Source: Asterionella formosa (Eukaryota). Taken from it: 46,530 nt of DNA. The stretch covers positions 1 through 46,530 of the forward strand of contig NKIB01014168.1 of the NCBI GenBank assembly GCA_002256025.1. Reading direction: 5' to 3'. Under the pieces are notes generated by a model. That model did not search any database. It saw nothing but the letters and a program-made list of their open reading frames with translations, and had not been told where the DNA came from. This document shows positions 27,336-40,577 of the stretch, piece by piece (within the stretch, counting starts at the first letter, position 1; each line of letters starts with the position of its first letter). Made by a program: the position numbers and the translations under genes.

Positions 27336-29491
27336 TATTTTTTGGGAGTGTTGTACCAGATGCACACAAGGGGGCACATGCAGGACTATGGGGGCTTAGT
27401 AGTGGATACTGGGATTTATGGTACCTAGTACCTACTAATGATTACCAGCCAGGGTATCAGCGAATACTAGCAATGATCACTTTTATATCGCACTATTTCA
27501 AGCTCATATCTAGTGTCATTGTCATCGTGTTCCAACGCCCACTATAAAGTGGGGTGGTTGAATCAAATATTAGAGATAAAGTTGTGGTTCTTTGTCGAAA
27601 ATGATCAAACATTTGTTACTACATGTAGAGCTGAGGCAAGAGCAGTTCATGGCGGTAATTTCCTGTAGCCTTTTTGGGTCAAATGAATCATTTTTGACAC
27701 AAGTTTACCTTTGAAGCCAGCAGGGTACCAGCATTTTAATTACTTATTGGACGGAAAGCTATTGAACTAAATTTAGGGTCTTTTGTGAGACATTTATATC
27801 AGAAAGATCAAATTGTAATAAATAATATTATTAAACTTTCTTAAATTATTTCGCTTGATGGATCCAGCCAATGCAAACATACATATAGACACATTACATC
27901 AATTGACAGCAATTCTCCTAATAAACTCTTTGTCCAGGTTCTGTGGCTGGCAACCATTTTGCTATTTCCATTTGAATTGAAGGTGGAGCAGCTGAATCAT
28001 GACAATGACATCAGATGCGAGCAGGAAGCTATCAAGGCCAACAATGGTGGTGGTATCATGCATGGTGCTGAATCACTTATGAAGTAGCAAGGAAACAATT
28101 GCTCCTTTGGCGCAGAAGACGTGAAGTATTAATTGAAGAAAAATCAAGCATCCTATTCGAGACATGACTCTGTCTAAAAATGGTTCCATCAGGTCCTTCC
28201 TTTTCAACCCTTGCAACCTTGTCTACAAGTTTTGGTTCTGATGCAACCCAGACCAGAAATGCGGAATCGCCCCTGCCCCCACTTGCTGGTAGCCTCCTAC
28301 CTGCAGGACAAACCAGTTTAACAAAAAGCAGCAACAACATCAATGAAACATCTATATAAATATTTCCCATAAGGAAGGTATGCCTAATTTTGATTTATTT
28401 GAAGGTCAAGAGTCAGATGATGAGTTATTTAACAGCCAGCTCAAAGAGGAATCAAATAAGTATATGCAAACTTCCTTTGTGGTCTCGTTTTATTATCATT
28501 TTTTCATGATCAATGATAGCTTCGAAGAGGCGCAACACCTAAGGACTATTGATTGGGAGTTAATTTTTCATAGGAGTTAAACATCAATTGAGAATTAAAA
28601 AACAGTGCGAGTATTGGTACCAGGTTATGGCGTATGTGTATACCTTGGGAGTACTGACCAATGCCAGCTAGCTATATTACTAATAAAGTAAGTCCTCTAT
28701 GATAGTCCATATTTATCCACTGCATAATGGGGATATAATTTGAAATGAAATCATCAGCAATCATGCACCCCTCGCCTGTGTGCTTCGCTAATGAAATGTT
28801 CTTCGACTTCTGAATAGCAGGAAAGGATCACTCAAAAGCAGAGCTGACAGGCCTGCAACTCCTTCAACAGGTAGGCAAATAAATATGTTTGGTTCCACTA
28901 TAGGTATAGTCTACATTGTTTTTCTACTAAGTTGAGTTAATGTGTGGGGGCTGTCCATTATCTGGTATTCAATAGATATTTGTGGACTTCAAGATGGTGA
29001 AGCCCTGTGTTATGCTGATACTATTGTCATGACTACTTTTCCCATATAGGGGAATCAATGGCTGTGGATGTTCCCATAGTGAGTTCTGGCTGATAGCTTG
29101 CCACCAGGAATTGTTCTAACTCCCCATCGGAAGAGCGGTCTCCACTTCGTAGTGCACCATTTATGTCTGGCTAGTCATGGGTACATCGAACTGTGTGATG
29201 AGCATTGTACAACACACTCCATACTTCTATACTGATCCAGCGAACTCTACGAACGAGGCGAAGACTAATCACGTCATAACCCCTGTCAGTACTAGTCTAA
29301 TGATACGACACAACGAATCCTTCTACTAACGGTACCGGTACACTACTAGAGCTAGATCAAAAACGTTGTAATTTGATCATGGTTCCTATTTCAATTATCG
29401 CTGGTTGTGCAGTCAAGTGTGAATAAACTAACACGCAATAAAGTCTTCTCCGCAATGCAAATGCCTTTTCTTGTTTCGCATAGGATGCAGT

Positions 29492-29998
<507 letters not shown>

Positions 29999-30192
29999 TC
30001 AAGTAATGCGGTAACGTTCAACTCTGGTCGGATGAGTCAATCGTACAATTGGAACAGCCAAAGCAAACCAAGCATCATGCTGGCTGGTTTCAGGTCAGTC
30101 ACAGAGACTCGTGACCCGGTTACCGGTAGGGGTTCAAATGCAGGAACCTTAAAACCAAGACCATAAATCAATCATTGTACGCATCGTCAACA

Positions 30193-30851
30193 ATGAGCAT
30201 CCCTTCTTCGCCCTACACTCACGTTCAGTTTGACACGAGCATTGTAAGTGTGTTTGTTTGGATTGACCATCCGCGCAGCTGAAATCCATCCAATTTTATC
30301 ATCAAAAACGCACGGAAACGAAATGACACTCACTTTCGTTGCACCAGGGAACATTTGTCGTTGAGCTATATTATCGCCATGCTCCCCAAACTTGTCACAA
30401 TATGGCAGCGCTGGCGCAAGCAGGCTACTATAATGGAACTATATTCCATCGTGTTATCAGGGACTTTATGATTCAAGGAGGAGATCCAACGGGGACGGGT
30501 CGAGGTGGGGAATCTATCTACGGGGGCAAGTTTGGCGACGAAATTTCGAAAACATTGAAACACACCGGGGCTGGTGTCGTGTCCATGGCAAATTCAGGGC
30601 CCAATACTAATGGATCTCAGTTTTTCGTCACGTTGAAATCTACACCCTTTCTTGATGGGAAGCATACCATATTTGGAAGAATATATTCAGGGATGGGAAT
30701 TATTCAACGAATGGGCATGGTGGCAACGGATGGGGACGATCGTCCGAAAAATCCAATCACAATACATCAAGCAACTCCGTTCTATGGACCTCCACCGCCA
30801 AAAGAGCAGCAAGGAGCAGCGCCGAATCATATGCAGATTGCAGCATCGTAG
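30193..30851 (+). CDS. PPIL1: Cyclophilin, PPIL1-like; exons 30193-30243, 30348-30851
   Basis: FDTSI|GTFVVELY..HAP.TC.N, FHRVIRDFMIQGGDPTGTGRGGESIYG and MANSGPNTNGSQFF. Intron GTAAGT...CAG. Confidence 0.92.
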
Positions 30852-31496
30852 TTGATTTTTCCAACTTTTGGACGGAGTGCTTGTGCAAATTTGCTTTTAG
30901 CAACAAATGTAGAACTTCATTGTTCTTTTTGCTAGTTTCATAGTCCTGCCTCTACCTTCGAAACCAACACATTTCATATAGCAGGGAGGAACACCATGGA
31001 TCACTCAGACATATTGGCATTCTAATCCGTATCAAGAGAGCCAGAGGGAACGAGATGACCATCAAGGTTGGATTCAATGAAAGAGCTATAATGGCGAGGA
31101 CTCAAGGCAAAGGGTTAAAGTAAAATGATCAAAATGTGAAGGGATGGTTGCCAGACACGAATTTCACGAGTGGGCATCCATCCTGTCCCGTTTGCATTCA
31201 AGGAGTGAGATCATATGAGCAATTTTTGGTTCAAACGAACGACACAAATGCACTCTCTATTTTTAAATCGCGGTTTTAATCAATTGTTTTTCCCTCATAG
31301 GCAATTGCTAGGGAGGCCTGGAACTGTATACCGGTACCTGGTACTACCATAAGTGTTATCTTATGCTTTCCTTCTTTTCCTATAACATATTAACATTATA
31401 TACAAACAGATCTTTGCCACGATGAAGCACAGGTGCAATGAAGTTGTCACTATAATTTTCTATGCATTAGTGATTACTTTCGCTAATTTTTAGCCC

Positions 31497-32207
31497 ATGC
31501 CGACCATTTCTCATTTTCTTACTGCATGGGATCGCGATTTTTTGGTGACGATGAATGTTGTGGTGCTTGCTCTGTTGGTTTGCCTCTTCATAGTCACTGC
31601 CTCCACTTCCGCAGCCACACCAATAACCAAACGTTCCTCTCGATTTGACAAGTTCATTCAAAAATTGTTTGACAATGCAGATACAAACAGAGATGATGAT
31701 ATTGATTTCGGAGAACTGTATGAATTGGTATTGCAAATGTACGTGAAGCTCAATCGCCAGGCTCCTATACCTCCTCCGACTCGTTCGGAGGTGCTGCAGT
31801 TGTACAAACACACGGACAGGAATCATGATCGCACTGTCGGTCGTGACGAATTTACAGAGTTGGCGACGCTGTTGGGAAAACAAGCATTGATACGCTTGGT
31901 AGCACATAAAATGGTAACGCTGGTCGGTGCACCAATATTGGCTCATTATGTGGTGCTGCATTGGGTGAATCCATGGTGGATGAAGGTGGCAGTGAAAGTT
32001 CTACCAACCAAGTGGGTTCCCAGGGTAACCAACCCAGCCTTGACTCGAACAATCGTTATGGTTGTTTTCGTGGCGTCTCTAGGAAATTTGGTCATGTCTG
32101 CTGTCGATTGGATTCTGGATATGAATTTAATTGGGAAGAATACCAATGATCATCAAAAAACGACAACTTCCTCGTTTCTAAATTTTACAAAAGATCCAAA
32201 ATACTGA
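31497..32207 (+). CDS. EF-hand membrane protein (start could be the ATG at 31551)
   Basis: Two EF-hands (DTNRDDDIDFGE, DRNHDRTVGRDE), an N-terminal hydrophobic signal, and C-terminal hydrophobic helices. Confidence 0.8.
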   Translation: MPTISHFLTAWDRDFLVTMNVVVLALLVCLFIVTASTSAATPITKRSSRFDKFIQKLFDNADTNRDDDIDFGELYELVLQMYVKLNRQAPIPPPTRSEVLQLYKHTDRNHDRTVGRDEFTELATLLGKQALIRLVAHKMVTLVGAPILAHYVVLHWVNPWWMKVAVKVLPTKWVPRVTNPALTRTIVMVVFVASLGNLVMSAVDWILDMNLIGKNTNDHQKTTTSSFLNFTKDPKY

Positions 32208-32400
32208 TAGTTTGACAAATATCATTGTAGCACTATAAAGCAAACTCCAATTTCATTTAGTCCGGCCTACTTCAACAACTAGCAGATGACGGCTCGCTTC
32301 ATCCATCCATCTATCCACCAGTGGCCATTATTTCTTTTCCATTCACATTCTCCTTTCTATATCCATTGAGTAATTTAAAAAATCTTCCCCTTGTTTGTTC

Positions 32401-33729
32401 CTAGGTGGTTGACGACGCTCCTTTCGCAGCTGCTTCTCTAATGGGTGCGAAATACGGGTGGGCCGATGCTTCCTTTGCTGACAACCTTTCCTGATGATCA
32501 TACCTGGTGCATTACAAAGTGGCGAGAGTAAGTAATTCCCTTAAATGCAAATAGTCGTTGAAAGCACCCACAAGGCAACGAATAAGCACATGTAAACATA
32601 CCTCAAAAGTCTGGAGACAAAGTCAATAGATTCATCCGAAACCAGATGCGCATTGTCGGGTGTAACAAATTTCTGCCAAGGCTTTTTCGAATGGCGACCA
32701 AGAATTCCATCGAAATGCGGGTCCAACTCCAAATCATAAGTGTCCAAATAATGAAAAAGTTCTTCAGTGCCCAAAACCTTGGCAATCTTCACCAATTGAT
32801 CATAATTGTCGTGTCCATGAAAAAAGGGTTCCTTTCTAAAAATCATGCCAGCAAACATGCATCCAAGAGACCACATGTCAAGGGAGTAATCGTATTCTTG
32901 CAAATCGACCAAAAGCTCCGGTCCTTTAAAATAGCGCGATGCCACGCGGACGTTGTACTCTCGTCCCGGGTGGTAAAATTCAGCGAGACCCCAATCAATG
33001 AGTCTGAGCTGACGCTTTTCATGATCAATCATGACATTGTGAGGCTTGACATCCCTGTGCATGACTCCGTTGGAGTGACAATAATCCAGTGCCTTGAGCA
33101 GTTCGAAAATGTAGTAGCGGATGTCATAGTCCGAGAGGGTTGGGTATAAAATCTTGAAATCCGTATTGTTGACATGTTCAAAGATGAGCGAAGGCGTCTT
33201 GCTTTGAGGGTCTCGGACGACATCGAGAAGTTGAATGATGTTGGTGCCGCCGCACATGTTTTGGAGGATCTTGATTTCTCGCTTGATCTTCTTCTTCTTG
33301 ACCGGCTTGAGGATCTTGATGACGCACTTGGTGTTGTTGCTTACATTGACTCCTTCGAAAACCTAGCAGGGCAGTTCGTGTATGTAGGTAGAGAAGAGAC
33401 GGCAATTCAATTGTTAGGTCGAACCCTCCATAGCTGGCGCATACATGGCAGCGAGTTTGCAAGAACCTACCTCACTGTACTTTCCGCGTCCAATCTTTCG
33501 AATGACTTCATAATCTTCCTGGTCTCCCCAATTCACAGTCAAGGCTTCGTAGTCCCAGTAGTCTCTCGGCCGATGCACGTTGACATCCGCATACACTCTG
33601 TGAGAAAAAGGAGTCAGCAATGGGATGCACGGTTAGATGTCGTCCTGTACATGTCGGTCCTAGACAAATCGGAGGGAACCTGATCTTCACAGGCGAACGC
33701 TTGACAGACACTCACCTCGCCCGACTCAT
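32401..33729 (-). CDS. CSNK2A1: Casein kinase II alpha; exons 33729-33716, 33597-33471, 33362-32602, 32503-32401
   Basis: [58 protein letters not shown] and RYDHQERL. Three GT-AG introns and a 14-nt first coding exon. Confidence 0.97.
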
Positions 33730-33992
33730 AATGTGGGTATGGTACGGTCTCGTTCGTTCGAACGTCTGTGCCTTCAACAAGCCTTGCCGGAGGGCTTTGG
33801 TGACGAAGCCGTTCGTCCTTGCAAAGATGATGGCGATGCGAGGAGAAGCAAAGAGGGAGGTCGTTGCTAGCCTGATGTGTGTCGATTACAGTACCTGTGT
33901 TCTGGTACCTGGTAGCATTGAGTCGGTGACAATCAATATAACTACGGTACCTTCTTATGCATACTTTAATAAATTGGGTAGCTCCAGCTACC

Positions 33993-34091
33993 TACCTGGA
34001 AGTTGCGGTAATTTTGCGCAACTAGATATTTAGCTATCTTTATCCCATATTAAATTGTTTGTTAAAGCAAAATTGCCGCAACTTGCTGGTA
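33993..34091. mobile_element. MITE family A, complete copy in opposite orientation
   Basis: TACCTGGAAGTTGCGGTAATTTTGC...TTTAGCTATCTTTATCCC...GCAAAATTGCCGCAACTTGCTGGTA. Confidence 0.85.
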
Positions 34092-34565
34092 CACCAACCA
34101 TTAAATGTCAGGTTCCTGGTACCAGGTACCAACTGGGAGGCTTAATATATGTATATAACGGTAGAAAGCAAGGTAGAAATGTCGCCACTGCATGTTGCTG
34201 CCTGCCTGGTGGCTTTCGTTGGCTGTCCTTCCAAGAAGCAATCATGACCACTATGTATGCATGATTGCGTTATACTCCCAGGGAGTACGGTACCTGGTAA
34301 CCTGTTTCCTACAACCAGGGTATCTGCTACTCCTACAGGTAGCGGCAGTGATTGTACAAACAACAGTATCATGAGCGAAACAACGCAAGCAAGGGCAGCG
34401 CGCAGGACGGCCTATGGCTGTTTATTACCAATAATATGATTGACGTTCTGGATACAGTGATAACTTACGTACCGTATTATGGTACCTAGGACTCAGTACC
34501 TGCAATGGAATGATACTGACGAATTCGATTCTTTCTTGTTGCCGTATGTGCTTGTTGGCTGTTCC

Positions 34566-34796
34566 TCGCTCATGGCTGATCGGCACGAGGGCGACTCGTG
34601 TTCCGTACATACATATTTACTGGTAAGTAAGATTTAATCATTCATACATTGTTATTCGCTCATGGCTGATCGGAACGAGGGCGACTCGTGTTCCGTATAT
34701 TCATACCGGTAACTAAGTTTTAATTATGCATCATACATATTTAGCGGTACATTATTCTTTCATCGCTGATCGGCACCAGGGCGACTCGTGTTCCGT
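34566..34796. repeat. Three-copy array of a GC-rich hairpin core with AT-rich linkers
   Basis: GCTGATCGG(C/A)AC(G/C)AGGGCGACTCGTGTTCCGT at 34575, 34665 and 34765. Confidence 0.9.
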
Positions 34797-35101
34797 GCAT
34801 ACACAAGTACCGGTATACTACCAGGTACTTGTATCTAAGTAGGCTCTCGTTCGAGCCACTCATTCATTTTCTGACCTCCTCCCGCCACATTCACGAAAGA
34901 CACGCCACGGTCTGACTCCTCATCGGTTTCTCATCCATCTCCTGAGCGATGAGCGATGCTGATGTCCACTGTTACCTGGTACTCCCTCACCACGGCCGGG
35001 CAAACAAGCTGATGGTTGATCTATTTTGAACACTCACAATGAATGGCAGATTGTTCTCATCTGCTTAGCATAATACTTGTAGTCCTTCCAAGCTGTCAAC
35101 G

Positions 35102-36274
35102 ATGAAACAACTTCTCCAAGCTACTGATCATGCCGTTTTGTGTGCACTGAATGAGCGAGCCTTCCTTGTTCTTGGGGAGACTACTATCGAATTGACTCCG
35201 CCACCTTTTCAAGGGATGGACCCAGATACACATGACACACAACCACCAGATGACCGACATTTCCAAGCCATTCAGGCTGTGACTATAATGGAGACTGGTG
35301 ATTCTGTATGGTGCGCCGTTTCCAGATTTAATAAGTCGCTGGCATTGTATCAACTGCCCAAATCATCAACGCAGTCTCCCGTGGCCCCTACAACCGTCCA
35401 AACCACTACCAAACGAGCAGGGTGCTTGACCTTTGCAATAGTCCCGGACGAGGCTAATCCATTGACCATCATTATTGCCGGTGACTTGGCTGGAGATGCG
35501 ACTGCCTTTCCACTTGACAATACCAGCAATGGCAGACTACTCTTGGGACATACAGCCAGTATGTTGACAGGTGTTCGTGTTGTGGGAAATACAATGTTGA
35601 CATCGGATCGAGATGAAAAAGTGCGCACAAGTGAGTTCCCGAACACAATGGTTGTAAAGGGATACTTTTTGGGTCACACGGCATTTGTTTCCTGCATGGA
35701 CGTTGCTGCATCTCTTTGTGTCACCTGTGGAGGAGACTCGACGGTACGGCTTTGGGACATTAAGAGTTGCAAGGAATTGTGCAAGGTGGAGACCGCGGTC
35801 TTGCCAACACGAGTGGCCTTGTGTGAAAATGAGACATTGGTGGCTGTTATTTACGAGGGCGTGTCCACCCTGGATCTATATCGTGTAAATGACAGCACGA
35901 TGACATTGATAGCTACCAAGGAATGTGCCGCACAACCCTTGTCAGTTGTCTTTCGAAGTATTACCGAATTGTTGGTCATTGCAGGTGAACCTGAATATTT
36001 ACTTGCATTCTCGATTCAACAAGACAAACTTGTGCAACACGAAGATACCTTTGTAACATTGAAGGAATCTGCAAAGGAGATTAAGATGCCAACTTCAGTA
36101 ATGGAAACCGACAAGAATGGAGTAATCAAATTGCAAAAACTTTCCGAAGAACGCGGGCCAGCCAAAGAAAAACCGTGGAATCGAGTGGGACGAATTCAGA
36201 CGTCAAAAGAAGGAAACGCCAGACGGAGCAAAAAGCGCCGACAAGCAGAAATTGGCGCTAGCATGGCGGGCTAA
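35102..36274 (+). CDS. WDR4: WD40 protein, tRNA m7G46 methyltransferase non-catalytic subunit (WDR4/Trm82)
   Basis: IIAGDLAGD, LLLGHTASMLT, LTSDRDEKVRTS.FP, FLGHTAFVS and CGGDSTVRLWD. The 5' end is uncertain. Confidence 0.85.
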   Translation: MKQLLQATDHAVLCALNERAFLVLGETTIELTPPPFQGMDPDTHDTQPPDDRHFQAIQAVTIMETGDSVWCAVSRFNKSLALYQLPKSSTQSPVAPTTVQTTTKRAGCLTFAIVPDEANPLTIIIAGDLAGDATAFPLDNTSNGRLLLGHTASMLTGVRVVGNTMLTSDRDEKVRTSEFPNTMVVKGYFLGHTAFVSCMDVAASLCVTCGGDSTVRLWDIKSCKELCKVETAVLPTRVALCENETLVAVIYEGVSTLDLYRVNDSTMTLIATKECAAQPLSVVFRSITELLVIAGEPEYLLAFSIQQDKLVQHEDTFVTLKESAKEIKMPTSVMETDKNGVIKLQKLSEERGPAKEKPWNRVGRIQTSKEGNARRSKKRRQAEIGASMAG

Positions 36275-36308
36275 AAGTTACTGATTTCATTTTGTATAAT
36301 AGCTACTT

Positions 36309-37988
36309 CTACAGTTCTTCTTTAACAACTTGACTTGTTTTGTGCATCACAAATATATGCCCCCGGACACCTACACCGTTCTCAAACCGGAAGTCGTTCA
36401 AAGGCTCATAGTGAAAGACTTGCAGACTATGGCTCGCGCCTACCGCTTCTACGTATTCCTTTCGATGAGCGAAACGTCCCGATGCAGTCAGCTGCCATCT
36501 CCAATCGGGTTTCGCAGCCATTAGCCTTTATTTGAAGTCAAAGCGATGAAGGATTGTTTCAGTAGACACATTATAGCGTGAAAGACACATAACAAAACAT
36601 TTGACTTGTACATACGTACGCTTGCTCTGATTCTGCACCGACATTCTCGAGAGTAAACGCTGCGAAGCTACCATCCCCTAGTCCCTCCTGCATGGACTGA
36701 AATAGTGGGTCCAAATCACCAAAGTAGATGTAGGAGTCTGCAGCTATTATCAATGATATTGGGTGATTGTCTCGAAATACCTCAGTAATGTCACCTACAA
36801 TAGTTTGGTCGTACAGCCCCGGTCGCATCTTGTTGGCCTCATCTATAATGGCTTCACTCAGATCCACTCCAAGCAAGCGTTGACTGACATTGCGGAATTG
36901 TTCTCCCACCAGGCCAGTGCCACATCCAGCATCCACAACCAATGGAAAAGTCGGCACATTTACACTTCCACCAAAGGCTCTATCGAAGCCAAGACGAAGT
37001 CGCTCAAATCCGTTGTAGCCAAGGTCTGAAACTAGTGAGTGCTCAAAACTGCGGAGAAGTAAAATCGAATATGAGGGCCTCGAAAGTGTTAATGTGACGC
37101 TGCAGCTATAATTTTCATGACAGAAAGAAATTCTTACTTTTTTGCATAGTTATCAAAAAGCGATTTGACATACGTGTTGGATGCTCGTTTCATGGTGGCA
37201 TCAGCAGTAATGGTGGCCATCATGTGCCTTGCAGATTCATGATCAGGATTGAACTTGACTGCCGTCGAAAATGCATTGGTGGCCAACTCTTTACAGGGAA
37301 CTTCAGTTGCTGGATCGTCTACCAGCGCGCAACGTCGGTTAACATTGTGAATAATGCAAAGTCCAATACGGTATTGTAACTCGGCGAGCATGAATCTTGG
37401 ATTTTCTGGAGGGTCGGTTGGTTCTACTTCGGTTTGTGTCAAAATCTCATACGCCTTGTTGTAAGCAATCAAGGCTTCTTCATGCGAGCCAAGTTTGTCA
37501 TGAAGTATCGCACCAAGGTTTCCCAAGGAAGACCAGTGGTATGGATCAATGGTGTTTGCCAAGGCGTATGTATCGGCTGCTAATCGATTCCGTCCTAGCG
37601 ACTGATATACCATTGCAAGGAAGAAGCTTGCTTGGGAAGCAATGCCTTTTGATTCCTGAATCTCTCTCTCGTTCTTCAAATTGTCGATCGTTTCAGTGAA
37701 TATCGTTAATGCTTTTCTGTAGGCATCGACTGCTTCTCCTTCCCTTTCTAGACTCGAAAGAGTTGTGCCGAGGTTTGTGTACAATGATAAAACCGTCACA
37801 AGCTCATTCTGTTCGCCGAGGACAGCAATTCCATTTTTGTAGTGTTTAACAGCTTCATCAAAGTTGTCCATACTAAGTGCACTACTCCCCATGGAGAGGT
37901 ATTCTTCAGCGGATACATCGAATGCGCCCACAGCAGTCAGCTGGCAGAAAATGGAGGCATACACAAAAATTGCTTTGAATAAGTACAT
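36309..37988 (-). CDS. TPR + SAM-dependent methyltransferase (COG4976-like) with signal peptide; exons 37988-37138, 37048-36620, 36525-36309
   Basis: TPR helices, YVKSLFDNYAKNFEHSLVSDLGY, VDAGCGTGL, GVDLS, AADSYIYFGDL, AFTLE and SGRFAH. Both introns are phase-consistent. Confidence 0.87.
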
Positions 37989-39414
37989 TGTGGTTTTGCA
38001 AGTCACTTCGACGACGAAATCAATATGCTTTGCCGACTTGTGATAAGTTTTGTCGTTTGTCACACTCAGAGGTGCCAACACTTACTGGGTTGCATGATAT
38101 CGCAGCCTAGCGGGTAATAATATCCATACCGGAATGGATGATGCTAATAAATGAAAGAAAGTACCAGGTACCAGGTACCACGAGCACAGGTGCCTGGTAC
38201 CTGGTACTCCACCAGGGTACAATGTATTTGTCACCCAAAAATAAATCATACCATAGTATATTTGATTACCGTTTTCTTTTTATTATTATGCCTGGGTCCA
38301 CGGGGTGATACCAGTACGTCCAGTACAGACTTGTGGTCGGAACAGTGGCAGGACTTGACAAGTCTACCATAAACTGTTACTTTGGTATCATATATTCTTG
38401 TCTATAATTTCTATAAAATGCCGGTGTGCACGAAGCATGCACTTGAAACCCAGATGGAACAGATCTAGGCTGAAATTGGGATAGCAACCATGGGAGCTTA
38501 GTCAGTCTAGCCGAAAGATTCGAAGATGAAGTTCAGAGGTAGCAGGGAACACAGTGAACCACGCAAACAAAGGTTATGGAAGAGTCCAGAAGCCGAAGAG
38601 CAACAAGGCAAGGTTTCAAGGCCGAAAGCTCATATTTCATCAAATCAGCTTTCAAACAAAGCCACACCACCAAACCCAAGCTGTGCAAAAAATTTATATG
38701 CTAAAGATAATATTCACCCACCCAAAGTCCCACCCATGACTAAAGTGCAAAACCTACTGCAGCTAAGGGGACCTTGAGTGAGGAAATCGCCCAAGCTACA
38801 TAGAACCAAAATCGAAAAACCAACTATGGGCCTAAAGATTAGTTGGCGCAGATCAAAAACTATCTTCACAAAGCAAGGAAATATTTGCAGGAAAGGCAGT
38901 CGAACAAGTCTGTAATTGAGTCTAACTACCGGTAGCTTCGTGTGATAGATAGCCATGCATATCATTTGTATGACACGACAGGAGTGTGGTTACCGGTACC
39001 AGTACCAGGTAGCTACCAGGTACCCCCGGTTTTCGACAGAGGTTAGTTACAAACCGTTCCGGTACCTACCTAGTACGCACTGGTGCCAGGTACCAGGTAC
39101 CCGGCATTCATGAACTATATACATACCTGTATGTAGTCGATCATACATTTTACACTGAAATGAGGTTTGTCCGTTCTTGAAGTTTCGGTTCACCATCATC
39201 CCTGCATGATCGATGTCTGCGTCGAATCCTTTCCGTCTGGCCTAGGTTTTCACAAGCGGAATTAGTATATTTCCTCCACAGGATCGCACGTACATGTTGA
39301 ACTCAAATCTATTTTATGGATCTTCCTGAGCCGAGCAATCGGTTGGGTGGGCATGTTCAACGTTTCGTCCTCCCTACACGTTGCTCACTTTACCAGAAAA
39401 AGCCACTTTTCACC

Positions 39415-39895
39415 ATGAAGCTCGCTATCCTCGCCGCCACCGTCGCCTCTGCTGCTGCTTTTGCCCCTGCCCAATCGGGTAAGGTCTCCACCAGCCTCAA
39501 TGTCAATGAGCTGGAGCTCGGAGTCACTGAGCCGCTAGGAGTCTACGATCCTCTGGGATGGTTGGACACCCAGCCTGAATCCTTCGAGCGTCGTCGTGCC
39601 GTCGAGCGCAAGCACGGACGTGTTGCCATGGCTGCCGTTGTCGGAACCATTGTCCACAACAACCACATTGTCTTCGATGGATACCTTTCCAACTCAGCCA
39701 ACCTCAAGTTCTCGGATGTCCCTACCGGTGTTGATGGAATCCGCGCCATCCCTTCCGCCGGACTTGCCCAGATCGTTCTTTTCTTCGCCCTTGTCGAGCT
39801 CGCATGGATGCCTGCCTCCAAGTACGATGGAGACTACGGAGTTGGCTACTTCGGAACCAACCTCGACCCTGAGGAGAAGGTCCGCAAGCTCAATG

Positions 39896-39932
<37 letters not shown>

Positions 39933-40035
39933 TTTCGGTAACATGGTTGGTGAAGTTTTGACTGGCCAGACCATGTATGAGCAATACGCTGCTGGACACA
40001 TCTCCCCCTTCGGCGATGGACAAGGCGTCTTCTAA
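39415..40035 (+). CDS. Fucoxanthin-chlorophyll a/c binding protein (Lhcf/Lhcq-type)
   Basis: AAAFAP targeting motif, DPLG, ERKHGRVAM and ELNNGRAAMMG. Confidence 0.96.
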
Positions 40036-40577
40036 GCAACTGCCCTACTATACAATAATGTCTAGCTAGATCATCTGTTTGCTACAGTGCGTTCAAAGTT
40101 TTCATTTCGTGACCCACTCTTCCTCATAATAGAGTTGAAACCTCTATGTTTTTTACCATTGTGATATGTAAATAAACCCTCATGTTCTGTCAAATACTAA
40201 ACCCTTCTGATCATCAAGACAAACATAGCTACTACCACACTTTCTTCCTTTCCATATAATCAACATTTTTGTGGCTGTCGAAGGCAAGTTGCCGTTGTTT
40301 TGCCGTTATCATTTGTCCCTTAATGTATGTATAGAATAGTGGGTTCCAAAAGCAATAATTGAAAAAGTGAGAAGAAGTCATTTGTTTCAAATGTAGTTGC
40401 CAATTTTCCATTTTCTCTCTACATATTTTAAATAAACTTCATAGGTCAGTAGCTTCTGTGATGACGCACATATGGGCAATTGAACCAGAGAAAATTGTAG
40501 GTGTCGGAAAAGGCCCCAGAAGAAGTTTATTGTCCCCACAATTGTTATATTTGAGAAACACTGACTGGTTAAGGACT

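Noticed and set aside
34566..34800. CRISPR array or hammerhead ribozyme
   Set aside because: The context is eukaryotic with no cas genes, and the linkers are homologous to each other. CTGATCG is not the CUGANGA core and there is no GAAA after the stem.
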